This document shows, piece by piece, positions 19,342 through 29,032 of a stretch of DNA of 64,000 nt; the first letter of the stretch is position 1, and every line of letters begins with the position of its first letter. The notes under the pieces are model-generated. The model saw only the letters and a list, made by a program, of their open reading frames with translations, made no database searches and was not told the origin of the DNA. The position numbers and the translations under genes are program-made. Origin of the DNA: Methanobacteriota archaeon. GTDB taxonomy: Archaea > Thermoplasmatota > Thermoplasmata > RBG-16-68-12. The stretch lies in assembly GCA_005878985.1 (NCBI GenBank), contig VBMA01000075.1:12120-76119 (forward strand). The letters are read 5' to 3'.

Positions 19342-20415
19342 TCACCTCCGAGGAAGCGCCAGGAAGGCGTCTCTCTCCTGTTGGAGGTGGGGAGGCATCT
19401 CTGCGTACACATCGGCGAAGATCGTTTCGACGGCGGGGGGCGGGATCCGTTCCGCCTCCTGGACGGCGCGGGTGATCTCGTCCCCGATCTCCTGCTCGAG
19501 CCGCGCCTCTCGCGCGTCGTCCCACCATCCCGCGTGCTCGAGGTACCGCCGGAATCGCAGGAGCGGGTCGCGGGCCTGCCACGCGGCCACCTCGGCCTCG
19601 TCGCGGTACCGGGAAGGATCGTCGCTCGAGGAGTGAGGACCGATGCGATAGGTGACCGCCTCGACCATCATGGGCCCGAGGCCCTCGCGGGCCTTGCGCG
19701 CCGCATCCCGCGTCGCCCGGTAGACGGCCAGGGCATCCATCCCGTCCACGCGGATGCCGTCGAATCCGTACGCGTTCGCTTTCTCCGCGAGCGTCGCCGA
19801 CGCGGTCTGCTTCGCCACGGGGACGGAGATCGCCCACTGGTTGTTGTTGCACAGGAAGACGGTCGGCGTTCGGAAGACGCCGGCAAAGTTCATCGCCGCG
19901 TGGAAGTCCCCGGTGCTCGTCGCGCCGTCGCCGAAGAACACGAGGACCGCCTTCTTCTCACCGCGCAGTTTCATCGCCCATCCGATGCCGACCGCGTGCG
20001 GCAGCTGCGTGCCGACCGGCGACGAGATCGATAGATAGTTCCCTTTGCGGTAGACATAATGGCAGGGCATCTGGTGGCCTTTCACCGGATCCTCCGCGTT
20101 TCCCATGAGCTGGCACAGGAGTTCTTTCAGCGGCATGCCGCGGACGAGCGCCGCGCCCGGTTCGCGGTACTGCGGGACGATCCAGTCGTCGGGGCCCATC
20201 GCCATCGCCGCCCCGACGATTGCGGCCTCCTGGCCGAGCGAAGGACCGTAGAAGCCGATCCGCCCTTGCCGCTGCAGGGCGAGCATGCGGTTGTCGAGGA
20301 TCCGCTGGAGGCTCATCCCTCGATACATGGCGATGGCCTCGTCCTCCGAGAATTTCGGGTCGAGACGGGGGTCCGTCGAGCCGTCGTCCCGAATCACGCG
20401 CAGCGCATCGACCAC
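19342..20415 (-). CDS. 2-oxoacid dehydrogenase E1 component alpha subunit, paralog 2
   Basis: RMLALQRQGRIGFYGPSLGQEA and GDGATSTGDFHAAMNFA; E1-alpha. Confidence 0.8.
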   Translation of the reverse strand: MVDALRVIRDDGSTDPRLDPKFSEDEAIAMYRGMSLQRILDNRMLALQRQGRIGFYGPSLGQEAAIVGAAMAMGPDDWIVPQYREPGAALVRGMPLKELLCQLMGNAEDPVKGHQMPCHYVYRKGNYLSISSPVGTQLPHAVGIGWAMKLRGEKKAVLVFFGDGATSTGDFHAAMNFAGVFRTPTVFLCNNNQWAISVPVAKQTASATLAEKANAYGFDGIRVDGMDALAVYRATRDAARKAREGLGPMMVEAVTYRIGPHSSSDDPSRYRDEAEVAAWQARDPLLRFRRYLEHAGWWDDAREARLEQEIGDEITRAVQEAERIPPPAVETIFADVYAEMPPHLQQERDAFLALPRR

Positions 20416-20528
20416 GGAGTTCCTCGCACCCCCTGAGGCCCGGGGAAAACAAAACGCCCGGTGCGGCCTTAAGCCTTGCGACCTGAGGAATCTCTAAATC
20501 ATTCGCACCGTTTTCCGTGCGGTGACTG

Positions 20529-21467
20529 GTGGTCCTTCCGGAGCGGACGCGGGGCTATCTCGCCATCATCTCCGCGGCGGTCCTCTTCGGGATCTGGCCC
20601 ACCCTTTCGAAACTGGTTCTCAACTCGGTCTCTCCGCTCGCCATCGCGTTTCTGATTCAGGTAATTCCAGGAGCCGCGCTCTTGCCGTTCGTACGGCGTG
20701 TTCGGATTCAACGCTCCGATTGGAAGCTCGTCGCTCTATCCGGCGTCGTGGGAGCAGTTGTCGGACCGTTGATCTATTTCTACGGTCTCGAACGGACGAC
20801 CGCCGCGAACTCCGTTCTGTTATCGAATAGCGAATCGCTCTTCACGATGCTCCTTGCCTACGCGTTCCTGCGGGAACGGGCGACGCGGCGTGAGTACGTC
20901 GCTTTGGCAGGTATCGCCGTCGGTGCATTTCTCGTGACCACGCAGCTCCGGTTTGGAGACGTGCGGTTTCTCGAATTCCTGGTCGGCAACATCATGCTGG
21001 TCACCGCCGCGGCATGCTGGGGTTCGAGCAACACGATGAGTGCCGTCCTCCTCCGCCGAATCCCGATCGTGACCCTCCTGGAGGTCCAGCTCCTGATCGG
21101 CGCCGCGGTGTTCGCCGGGATCGTCGTCTTCACCGGCACCTCTCTCGCGGTCCCGCTCGATGTCCTGCCGGCGCTGATCCTGCTCTCCCTCAGCGCGGTG
21201 GGAATCTTCTCGGTTCTCTTCTTCTACGCATTCCGGACGATCGGGGCAATGCGAACGGGTGCCGTCCTCCCCTCGTCGGCTTTGTGGGGAATCCTCGTGG
21301 CCCTCTACGTCTTTCCGACAGAGACCCTGAGTCCGGTCCAAGTGCTCGGCGGGGTCCTCATGGTCGGTTCGCTGATCGCGTTCTACATTCTCCGCGGCCC
21401 GGCGGAGGCGAAGTCCGCCGGCGAAACCTTGAAACCCGCCGCGTCGGATGGTCCCGATTCACCGTGA
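20529..21467 (+). CDS. EamA/DMT-family transporter
   Basis: Ten hydrophobic segments with a duplicated EamA-like organisation. Confidence 0.6.
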   Translation: MVLPERTRGYLAIISAAVLFGIWPTLSKLVLNSVSPLAIAFLIQVIPGAALLPFVRRVRIQRSDWKLVALSGVVGAVVGPLIYFYGLERTTAANSVLLSNSESLFTMLLAYAFLRERATRREYVALAGIAVGAFLVTTQLRFGDVRFLEFLVGNIMLVTAAACWGSSNTMSAVLLRRIPIVTLLEVQLLIGAAVFAGIVVFTGTSLAVPLDVLPALILLSLSAVGIFSVLFFYAFRTIGAMRTGAVLPSSALWGILVALYVFPTETLSPVQVLGGVLMVGSLIAFYILRGPAEAKSAGETLKPAASDGPDSP

Positions 21468-23077
21468 CGCCGACGACCGCGGACGAGACGTCCTTTGCGC
21501 GACTCGCGGAGCTGACGCGGCAGCTCGAGGCTACGACGAAGCGACTCGAGAAGCGCGCACTCCTCGCGGCGTTCCTGCGCTCCCTCCGGAGGGACGAGGT
21601 CGCGCCCGCGGTCCACCTGATCGTCGGCCGGATCTTCGCCGAGTCAGACGCGCGCGCCTTGAACGTCGGGTGGGCGACGCTACAGAAGGCGCTCGGTCGG
21701 ACGAAGCAAGCCAGCCTCGTCCCGAGCGCCCTCAGCATCCTGGAGGTGTCGAAGTCATTCGCGCAGATCGCGGAAACCCACGGCCCCGACTCGACGAGAG
21801 TGCGTCGACGGCTCCTCGAGAGCCTCCTCGGACGGGCGTCCGAAGACGAGCGGGACGTGCTCTTGAAAAACGTCTTCGGGGAAATGCGGATCGGCGTGAA
21901 CGAGGGCGTGATGCTCGAAGGGATCGCGGATGCGTCGGGCGTGGACCTGGATTCCGTGAGGACCGCCCACATGTTCCTCGGGGACCTGGGGATGATCGCC
22001 GAGATCGCGCTCTCCGAAGGAGCGGACGGCCTCCGCTCTCGGGGCCTGCGTCTCCTCGCTCCGATGAAACCGATGCTCGCGGAGATGTCGGAGGACCTGG
22101 ACGAGGTCCTCGCGGTGCACGGCGGCATGACGGCCATCGAATACAAGCTGGATGGGGCACGGATTCAGATCCATCGAAAGGGGGAGGCGCTGAAGATCTT
22201 CAGTCGGCGGTTGAGCGATGTCACGGCCAGCCTTCCGGAGATCGTCGCGATCGCGAAATCGCTGCCCGCGTCCGAATTCCTGCTCGAAGGCGAGGTCGTC
22301 GCGGTGGACCGGGACGGAAAGCCGCTCCCGTTCCAAGACCTGATGCGCCGCTTCCGACGCGTGCACGGGATCGAATCCGCCGCGGAAGAGATTCCGCTCA
22401 AGCTGTACCTCTTCGACATCCTCCACCTCGATGGCCGAACGCTGATCGACGCGCCGTACCGGGAGCGATGGGAGATCCTCGAACGGCTCGTGCCCGCGGA
22501 GTTGCTGACGGCACGCCGGATTGTCCAGCGGAAGGCGGAGATCGAGTCCTTCCTCCAGGAGGCCCTTGTCGCGGGACACGAAGGGCTGATGGCGAAGCAG
22601 CTCGAATCGACGTACTCCGTCGGGAAGCGAGGCAAGAAGTGGTTCAAGATCAAGCCTGCGGACCACCTCGACCTCGCGATCACCGCGGCCGAATGGGGAA
22701 GCGGCCGCCGGGAAGGCTGGCTCTCGAACTACTGGCTCGCCGTGCGGGACGACAAGGGCGGCGGATTCCAGATGATCGGCAAGACGTTCAAGGGCCTCAC
22801 GGATGCCGAGTTCCAGGCGATGACGGAGCGGTTGCGCGGGCTCGCGACGTCCGAGGAGCGCTGGGGATTCCACGTGCGACCTGAGACCGTGGTCGAGGTC
22901 GCGTACAATGAGATCCAGCGAAGCCCGCATTACCCCAGCGGATTCGCGCTTCGGTTCGCGCGGATTGTGCGGATTCGAGACGACAAAGGGCCGCGGGACG
23001 TCGACACCTACGAACGGCTCAAGGAACTCTACGCGAAGCAGTTTGAACGGAAGGGCCGCGGCCCGGACGATCTGTGA
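21464..23077 (+). CDS. lig: ATP-dependent DNA ligase
   Basis: KxDG active site (EYKLDGARIQIHRK) plus the conserved ligase motifs EGLMAK and KIKP. The likely GTG start overlaps the EamA stop; the upstream part of track ORF 21014 is not coding. Confidence 0.8.
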   Translation: MTPTTADETSFARLAELTRQLEATTKRLEKRALLAAFLRSLRRDEVAPAVHLIVGRIFAESDARALNVGWATLQKALGRTKQASLVPSALSILEVSKSFAQIAETHGPDSTRVRRRLLESLLGRASEDERDVLLKNVFGEMRIGVNEGVMLEGIADASGVDLDSVRTAHMFLGDLGMIAEIALSEGADGLRSRGLRLLAPMKPMLAEMSEDLDEVLAVHGGMTAIEYKLDGARIQIHRKGEALKIFSRRLSDVTASLPEIVAIAKSLPASEFLLEGEVVAVDRDGKPLPFQDLMRRFRRVHGIESAAEEIPLKLYLFDILHLDGRTLIDAPYRERWEILERLVPAELLTARRIVQRKAEIESFLQEALVAGHEGLMAKQLESTYSVGKRGKKWFKIKPADHLDLAITAAEWGSGRREGWLSNYWLAVRDDKGGGFQMIGKTFKGLTDAEFQAMTERLRGLATSEERWGFHVRPETVVEVAYNEIQRSPHYPSGFALRFARIVRIRDDKGPRDVDTYERLKELYAKQFERKGRGPDDL

Positions 23078-23121
23078 CTCGGTTGGTGGCTGGCGCAACG
23101 AGTGCCCGAGGGGGTCGGGTC

Positions 23122-23141
23122 ATACCTCTAAGTAGAGGTAT
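23122..23141. terminator. hairpin ATACCTCTA-ag-TAGAGGTAT between convergent lig and EamA genes
   Basis: 9-bp perfect stem between two convergent stop codons; flanked by TATATT. Confidence 0.3.
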
Positions 23142-23174
23142 ATTCCGCGTCGCCTCCCGAGGTCGCGAAAGGGC

Positions 23175-24101
23175 TCACTCCACGTCCCTCGTGGCCAGAA
23201 TTTCGGGAGCGCGGCTGCTCTGGCCGAAGGCCGTCAGGTAGATGCCGAGGAGGGCCAGACCCGCGCCGACCGCCACCCCGACGGTCGGCACCTGGGTGAG
23301 GAGGACCCAGGCCAGGAGACTCGATCCGACCGGCTCTCCGACGAGGCTCAGGCTCACGACGGGGGCGGTCACCCACCGCAGCGACCAGTTGTACAGGGTG
23401 TGTCCGCCGATCTGCGGGACGACCGCCAAGGCCGCGAACAGGAGGAGTTCCCGGGGCACGTCCCCCACAGGCGCGAGGCTCGAGCCGAAAGCGAGCGCGT
23501 ACACGAAGAGGACGGCCGTGGCGCTCGCGTAGACGACGAACGCATAATCCAACAGGGCGACGCGCTGACGCACCCGCCGGCCCAGCAGGAAGTAAAACCC
23601 GGCCATCACGCCGCCGCTGAAGGCGAGGATGTCTGCATAGAGGAGGCTCCCCGCGAATCCGTAGTCGGCGAGAGCGATCGACACGACGCCCGCGAAGCCG
23701 AGGACGATCCCGACGGCCATCCACCGGTTCAGGCGCTCGCGCAGGACGTAGTGCGAGAGGAGGCCGACCATCAGCGGATGGGACGTGACGAGCACGACCG
23801 ACGACGCGATGGACTCCCCCTCGACCTTCAGCGAGGAGATCCACAACGCGAAGTGGGTCGCGAGGATCCCGCCGATCAGCCCCATGATGGCCGCGTCGCG
23901 CCGCGGAATCCGGAGGAGCGTATTCGTGCGGCGAAGGACGCCGCTGCGCACGAAGATCGCCGCCCCGATGATCAACGTGGCGATGGCGAGACGGTACAGG
24001 GCGATCGTGATGGGCGGCGAGGTGCTCCAGGTGATGAAGATCGAGGCGAACGAGACGGAGACGACCGCCAGGGCGATCGCCGCGTACGGCGCTCCCCGCA
24101 T
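23175..24101 (-). CDS. EamA/DMT-family transporter
   Basis: Ten TM segments; EamA-like. Confidence 0.6.
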   Translation of the reverse strand: MRGAPYAAIALAVVSVSFASIFITWSTSPPITIALYRLAIATLIIGAAIFVRSGVLRRTNTLLRIPRRDAAIMGLIGGILATHFALWISSLKVEGESIASSVVLVTSHPLMVGLLSHYVLRERLNRWMAVGIVLGFAGVVSIALADYGFAGSLLYADILAFSGGVMAGFYFLLGRRVRQRVALLDYAFVVYASATAVLFVYALAFGSSLAPVGDVPRELLLFAALAVVPQIGGHTLYNWSLRWVTAPVVSLSLVGEPVGSSLLAWVLLTQVPTVGVAVGAGLALLGIYLTAFGQSSRAPEILATRDVE

Positions 24102-24220
24102 CGACTCGGGACCGGACCGCCGCTATCTAACCCCTGTGGCGTGGAGTCCTCGATGCGCGTCTCCTCAACCGGCGCAAGGTCTTTCGCCCTTCCGAGCATA
24201 CCACGCGATCGAGGGAATCC

Positions 24221-25090
24221 ATGCAGTTGAGCGACATCAAGAAGATCGCCGTCATCGGCGCCGGCACGATGGGGGCGGGCATCGCCCAGGCCTGCGCGGC
24301 CGCCGGCTTTCAGGTGACGATGCGGGACATCGAGCAGCGCTTCGTCGACGGCGGCTTCCGCCGGATCCGGGAGCCGCTCCAGAAGCGGGTGGAGCGGGGC
24401 AAGATGGCGCAGGCCGAGGTCGACGCGATCCTGTCCAAGATCCGCGGGGTCGTCCCACTCAAGGAAGCGGTGGACGGCGCACAGGTCGTCATCGAGGCGG
24501 TCTTCGAGAAGATGGAGATCAAGAAGGAGCTCTACGCGGAACTGGATCGTCTCTGCCCGCCCTCGGTCGTGTTCGCCTCGAACACGTCATCGCTGAGCAT
24601 CACGGAGATGGCGACCGCGACGAAACGAGCGGACCGCGTCGTCGGCATGCACTTCTTCAACCCCGCGCCGGTCATGAAGCTCGTCGAGGTGATCCGCGGC
24701 TCGGAGACCTCCGACGAGACGGTGCGCCTGATCAAGGACCTGTGCGTGAAGCTCGGGAAGGAGGCCGTGGAAGTGAAAGAGTCGCCCGGGTTCGTCGTGA
24801 ACCGACTGCTCGTGCCGATGATGAACGAGGCGTTCAACCTCCTCCAGGAAGGCGTCGCGAGCCCGGAGGACATCGACAAGGCGATGAAGCTCGGCACGAA
24901 CATGCCGATGGGGCCGCTCGAACTCGCGGACTACACCGGCCTCGACATCGGCCTCGACGTGATGGAGGTGCTGTTCCGGGAGACTGGAGACCCGAAGTTC
25001 CGTCCGTCGACGCTCCTCCGAAAATACGTTCGGGCGGGGCGGCTCGGGAAGAAGGCCGGCCGAGGAGTGTACGTTTACCCAAGGACCTGA
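24221..25090 (+). CDS. hbd: 3-hydroxyacyl-CoA (3-hydroxybutyryl-CoA) dehydrogenase
   Basis: IAVIGAGTMGAGIAQ NAD fold and HFFNPAPVMKLVEV motif. Confidence 0.8.
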   Translation: MQLSDIKKIAVIGAGTMGAGIAQACAAAGFQVTMRDIEQRFVDGGFRRIREPLQKRVERGKMAQAEVDAILSKIRGVVPLKEAVDGAQVVIEAVFEKMEIKKELYAELDRLCPPSVVFASNTSSLSITEMATATKRADRVVGMHFFNPAPVMKLVEVIRGSETSDETVRLIKDLCVKLGKEAVEVKESPGFVVNRLLVPMMNEAFNLLQEGVASPEDIDKAMKLGTNMPMGPLELADYTGLDIGLDVMEVLFRETGDPKFRPSTLLRKYVRAGRLGKKAGRGVYVYPRT

Positions 25091-25548
25091 CTCGTATAGT
25101 CCCGCAGGCCGGGGACCACGAGACGGTCGGGTGAGAAACGGCCTCCGAAGGAAAGCCCTCCCGCCAACGGTCGGTACAGTTCGATTGCGATCTGGGAGAT
25201 CGGCAAGGAAACGCCCTCGGCGGGCGCTCGCTCCGTGAGCGTGAGGGATGCGATGACGAGGATTGGACCGACATCCTCCGGTACGTCCTTGAGAGGCCCC
25301 CGCGGTTCGAAGTCGGGGAACGCACCCCGCATCGTCCGCTGATGGATCTGCGAGTGGTACCAGCGAAGGACCGCTTGTTTGTCCTCGAACCAGGCGAAGA
25401 TGACTTCTTTCCCGCTCTCGGTCCTCGCCGCCTCGGTGCCGAGGCAACCGGGAATCGCGTTCAGCGCGGCGCGTAGGTCGGGCAGCCCTCCGGTCGCTTC
25501 GCCATCAGAATCGGAACGTCCGCTCACGCCGGCCTCGGGCTCCGCCAA
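25075..25548 (-). CDS. hypothetical protein
   Basis: The only long ORF in this gap on the same strand as the downstream surface protein; no family recognised. The start may be the internal Met. Confidence 0.35.
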   Translation of the reverse strand: MAEPEAGVSGRSDSDGEATGGLPDLRAALNAIPGCLGTEAARTESGKEVIFAWFEDKQAVLRWYHSQIHQRTMRGAFPDFEPRGPLKDVPEDVGPILVIASLTLTERAPAEGVSLPISQIAIELYRPLAGGLSFGGRFSPDRLVVPGLRDYTSQVLG

Positions 25549-25597
25549 CCCACCGACCGCGACAGGTCCTTTGCGACCTTAGACTTGGCGCCTCGGA

Positions 25598-26533
25598 TTA
25601 CGGGGGAGGAGGGCCCTCGGGGCCCATCGGCTCCTGTGGCGGCATTTGCGGGGGCGAAGGCGGCATCGCTCGGGTGGGCGGCCTCCGTCGGCGGACCGCG
25701 AACACCCCGACAATCGCGACGAGGATGACGATCAAGAGGACGAGCCAGATCCACACCGGCAGGCCGTACAAGATCGACGTGAAGAAGCTGCCACCACCCT
25801 GGTAGCTTTTCGATGTCAGGTTGAAGTTGTCCGTATTTCGGCCGGTGCTGTCGTAGTCCCCCACGCGCACCCAGTTGCCGACGTCCGCCGACCAGTAGTT
25901 CATCGTGTAGGACAGGTTCGCGGTATTCGTCTCTTTGATCGGGGTGGTCGTAAAGGTCCCTGCGGGAACTGTGATGGTGGCGTCGGCCTGGACGTCAAAC
26001 CTCGTCGACAACGGCGCATGCGACCAGATCGTGGCGCTCGCGTTCGCCGACGAGGTCCACACGACGGTCGAGTCGGTCCACGAGGCGCCCGCGGTCAGCG
26101 GCCAATGGATCGTCTGGGGCGGACTCCCTGCAATGGTAACCGTGGTCTGGGTCGTCAGGCTCCCGATCGGAGCCACCACCGCGCGGATCTTCACGATGGC
26201 CAGCGTGTCCGTGCTGAACCAGATGTCCGGAGTCGCCTCGTAGCTGAGCCCGCCGCCGAAGGGAACCTTGAGGTCCGCCGCCACATGGTATGACGGATAG
26301 TCTGTCCCGTTCAGCGTTACCGTCTCCGTCCCGGTGACGTCCAGGCGGAGGGTCCCGTTGATGGTCAAGCCGCTCGAACCCGATACGAAAGAGTATACCC
26401 AAAAGTTACCGGCGGCCCACGTGGGCTTGTCCATGTTGGCTCTCGCGGTCCCCGGCACGATTGCGAAGGCCGTGACCAGCATCAGGGCGAACGCGGCGAC
26501 CAGGACCCGGGCAGACGTGTGCATCCGACCCAC
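25598..26533 (-). CDS. surface-anchored protein (signal peptide, C-terminal TM anchor, Pro-rich cytoplasmic tail), probably N-glycosylated
   Basis: N-terminal signal-like segment, many N-x-S/T sequons (NGT, NAS, NLS), a C-terminal TM (LPVWIWLVLLIVILVAIVGVFAV) followed by RRRRPP...PPPP. Confidence 0.55.
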   Translation of the reverse strand: MGRMHTSARVLVAAFALMLVTAFAIVPGTARANMDKPTWAAGNFWVYSFVSGSSGLTINGTLRLDVTGTETVTLNGTDYPSYHVAADLKVPFGGGLSYEATPDIWFSTDTLAIVKIRAVVAPIGSLTTQTTVTIAGSPPQTIHWPLTAGASWTDSTVVWTSSANASATIWSHAPLSTRFDVQADATITVPAGTFTTTPIKETNTANLSYTMNYWSADVGNWVRVGDYDSTGRNTDNFNLTSKSYQGGGSFFTSILYGLPVWIWLVLLIVILVAIVGVFAVRRRRPPTRAMPPSPPQMPPQEPMGPEGPPPP

Positions 26534-26629
26534 CTTGCCGCCCGGCAGAGAGGGCCGGGTCTATGAGCTTACCGGTGCTCCGCGAGCAACCTTCATCCTC
26601 ATTTCAGCGATTCCACGCGGGAGGAGACC

Positions 26630-27409
26630 ATGCCCGGCTTCGTCAAGATGGAGATCGAGGACCGCCTTGCGATCGTCACCGTGAACCGCCCGGATGCCCT
26701 GAACGCGCTCAACTCGACCGTCCTGCGAGAACTGTCGATGGCGATCGAGCATCTCTCGATGGCCGCGGACGTGGGGGCGATCATCCTGACCGGGGCCGGC
26801 GACCGGGCGTTCGTGGCCGGCGCCGACATCAAGGAGATGGCGAATCTCTCGGGCCTCGAGATGCAGCGCTTCTCGGAGATGGGCCGACGGCTCGGGGACG
26901 CGATGGCGTCGTGCAACAAGCCGATCATCGCCGCGATCAACGGGTTCGCCTTGGGCGGCGGCTGTGAACTCGCCCTGGCCTGCGACATCCGGATCGCGTC
27001 GGTCCGCGCGGAACTGGGCCAGCCGGAGGTCAACATCGGCATCATCCCCGGATTCGGAGGGAGCCAGCGCCTGCCGCGTCTCGTCGGCCCGGGCTGGGCC
27101 GCGGAGATGATCTACACCGGGGACCGGATCGACGCCGCGACGGCGGAACGGATCGGCCTGGTGAATCGCGTCGTCCCGGCGGACCGCCTCCTGGCCGAGG
27201 CCAAGGCCCTCGCCCACAAGATCCTGGAGAAGGGCCCCGCCGCGATCGCCCTGGCGAAGGCGTGTCTCCGGGCGGCGTGGGACATGCCGCTCTCCGCCGG
27301 GTTGGACTTCGAGACGGCGGCGTTCGGGATCGTTGGCTCGACCCAGGACAAGGCGGAAGGGATGCGCGCCTTCATCGAGAAACGGAAGCCGGCGTGGACG
27401 GGCGCCTGA
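26630..27409 (+). CDS. enoyl-CoA hydratase (crotonase)
   Basis: Crotonase-fold motifs ([30 protein letters not shown]). Confidence 0.8.
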   Translation: MPGFVKMEIEDRLAIVTVNRPDALNALNSTVLRELSMAIEHLSMAADVGAIILTGAGDRAFVAGADIKEMANLSGLEMQRFSEMGRRLGDAMASCNKPIIAAINGFALGGGCELALACDIRIASVRAELGQPEVNIGIIPGFGGSQRLPRLVGPGWAAEMIYTGDRIDAATAERIGLVNRVVPADRLLAEAKALAHKILEKGPAAIALAKACLRAAWDMPLSAGLDFETAAFGIVGSTQDKAEGMRAFIEKRKPAWTGA

Positions 27410-27410
27410 A

Positions 27411-27581
27411 TCAGTACGACTCGAACTCCTCTTGCAAGTCGATCACGACCTGCTCCAGGACTTCCTCGAACGAGGAGCTCCGGTACTCGCGCATCCCGCC
27501 GAGTTCGCTCTGGATGCGGGCGATGAAATTGTTTGAGCTCTTCAGGAATTCGACGTTCACGAGGGATTCTTCCATCGTCAT
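27411..27581 (-). CDS. hypothetical small acidic protein (56 aa), absent from the ORF track
   Basis: Manual translation gives MTMEESLVNVEFLKSSNNFIARIQSELGGMREYRSSSFEEVLEQVVIDLQEEFESY with high GC3 like the genomic coding bias. A TATA-like CTTAAATA lies upstream on the minus strand. Confidence 0.4.
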   Translation of the reverse strand: MTMEESLVNVEFLKSSNNFIARIQSELGGMREYRSSSFEEVLEQVVIDLQEEFESY

Positions 27582-27781
27582 CCGCTCCTGGGGGACGGTG
27601 CGGCGCGGGGTCCCAATCGGGCGTATCCGAGGTCCCTATTTAAGAGTTGCCCGCAGAATAGCGCGGACGCGAACGGCGCGACGTTCGCGGCGTGAAACGA
27701 GTTCGTGTCGCGGTTCTCCTCCGAACCTTTATTTAGCACACGTCCTTTGGAGCGCTTCCTCGTACTGAGCGGAGTGAATCG

Positions 27782-27973
27782 TTGGGTAATATCCGGCCGA
27801 CGTACATCAAGCGCGTCGCGATCGAACTCGCAAAGCTCTATCCGAACGAGTTCACGGATGACTTCGACCACAACAAGGCGAAGGTCTCGGAGCTTTCCGA
27901 CGTGCAGAGCATCCTGATGCGCAACCGGATCGCCGGGTACATCACCCGATACCGGCAGCGACTGGCCGTGTAG
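27782..27973 (+). CDS. rps17e: 30S ribosomal protein S17e
   Basis: [35 protein letters not shown]... is S17e; TTG start. Confidence 0.85.
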   Translation: MGNIRPTYIKRVAIELAKLYPNEFTDDFDHNKAKVSELSDVQSILMRNRIAGYITRYRQRLAV

Positions 27974-28021
27974 GCCCTCCGACCGTCCGCGCGGTCCGAG
28001 GAGAATCGGAATCGATCCCAA

Positions 28022-29032
28022 ATGCCTTATGCGGTCGAGACGCGCGACCTCACTCGAGTGTTCGCCGGGAAAAAGAAGCATTGGTGGCGCAAGCCCAAGC
28101 CGAACGAGGAAGAGTCCCGCGGCCCAGTCACCGCGTTGGACGGCGTGTCTCTGCAGATCCACGAGGGCGAGCTCTTCGGCCTTCTCGGCCCGAACGGAGC
28201 GGGGAAGACGACGCTCATCAAGATCCTCGCGACGCTTCTCCTCCCCACGTCCGGAATGGCCTTCGTCGCAGGCAACGATGTCACGAAAGACCCGTTCCCG
28301 ATTCGCCAGCGGATCAACATGGTCTCCGGCGGAGAAACGTCGGGCTACGGCCTCCTGACGACGCGCGAGAACATCTGGATGTTCTCCCAGTTCTACGGGG
28401 TGCCGAGCAAGGTTTCGAAGGCCCGGATCGACGAGCTCATGCATGCGTTCGGGCTGTGGGACAAGCGGGATGCAAAAGTGCGGCTGATCTCGTCCGGGCA
28501 GCGGCAGAAGATGAACATGATCCGCGGTTTCGTCACGGAGCCGGACATCCTCTTCCTCGACGAGCCGACGCTCGGCTTGGACGTGAATGCCGCGCGGACG
28601 ATCCGCGAATACGTCATGAACTGGGTGCGTGGGCAGTCGGGCAAGACGGTCCTCCTCACGACGCACTACATGGCGGAGGCCGACGAGATGTGTGACCGGA
28701 TCGCCATCATCGACAAAGGGAAGATCCTCGCGTGCGACACGCCTGAAAATCTGAAGCGGATGATCCACACGCAGACCACGTTCCGTCTCGAAGTGGACCC
28801 CCTTCAGGACACGTCGACCTTCCAGCGGATGGACGGAGTCGTGAATTTCTCCCTCCGGGACGATGCCTCGAAGAATCGGACCGAGTTGACGTTCATCCTG
28901 GAGAACGAGGCCCCGGTCGCGGAAATCCTGAGCGCGATCACGGCTCAAGGGGCCAAGGTCCACGCCCTGCGCAAGACGGAACCGACCCTGGAGGACGTCT
29001 TCATCAGCATGGTAGGCCGGGGGTTCGAATGA
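28022..29032 (+). CDS. ABC transporter ATP-binding protein (ABC-2 subfamily)
   Basis: Walker A GPNGAGKTT, the signature SSGQRQK and Walker B LFLDEPT. Confidence 0.8.
   Translation: MPYAVETRDLTRVFAGKKKHWWRKPKPNEEESRGPVTALDGVSLQIHEGELFGLLGPNGAGKTTLIKILATLLLPTSGMAFVAGNDVTKDPFPIRQRINMVSGGETSGYGLLTTRENIWMFSQFYGVPSKVSKARIDELMHAFGLWDKRDAKVRLISSGQRQKMNMIRGFVTEPDILFLDEPTLGLDVNAARTIREYVMNWVRGQSGKTVLLTTHYMAEADEMCDRIAIIDKGKILACDTPENLKRMIHTQTTFRLEVDPLQDTSTFQRMDGVVNFSLRDDASKNRTELTFILENEAPVAEILSAITAQGAKVHALRKTEPTLEDVFISMVGRGFE

Noticed and set aside
21014-21463. The N-terminal 150 aa of the track ORF 21014..23077 (an upstream extension of the DNA ligase)
   Set aside because: It overlaps the EamA transporter in another frame, is Pro/Arg/Gly-rich, and ligase homology begins only at the GTG at 21464.
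22365-22385. A T-loop-like GGGATCGAATCC motif suggesting a tRNA inside the ligase gene
   Set aside because: There are no compatible acceptor, D or anticodon arms, and it lies within a well-conserved coding region.
27578-28963. A 461-aa minus-strand ORF (and many similar 100-590-aa ORFs such as 13868..15034, 13885..15663, 21755..23098, 47318..48697, 49045..50409)
   Set aside because: They are antisense or out of frame to well-supported genes (ABC ATPase, lpdA, ligase, ftsZ, SBDS). They have Arg/Pro/Gly-rich low-complexity translations typical of non-coding frames in ~65% GC DNA.
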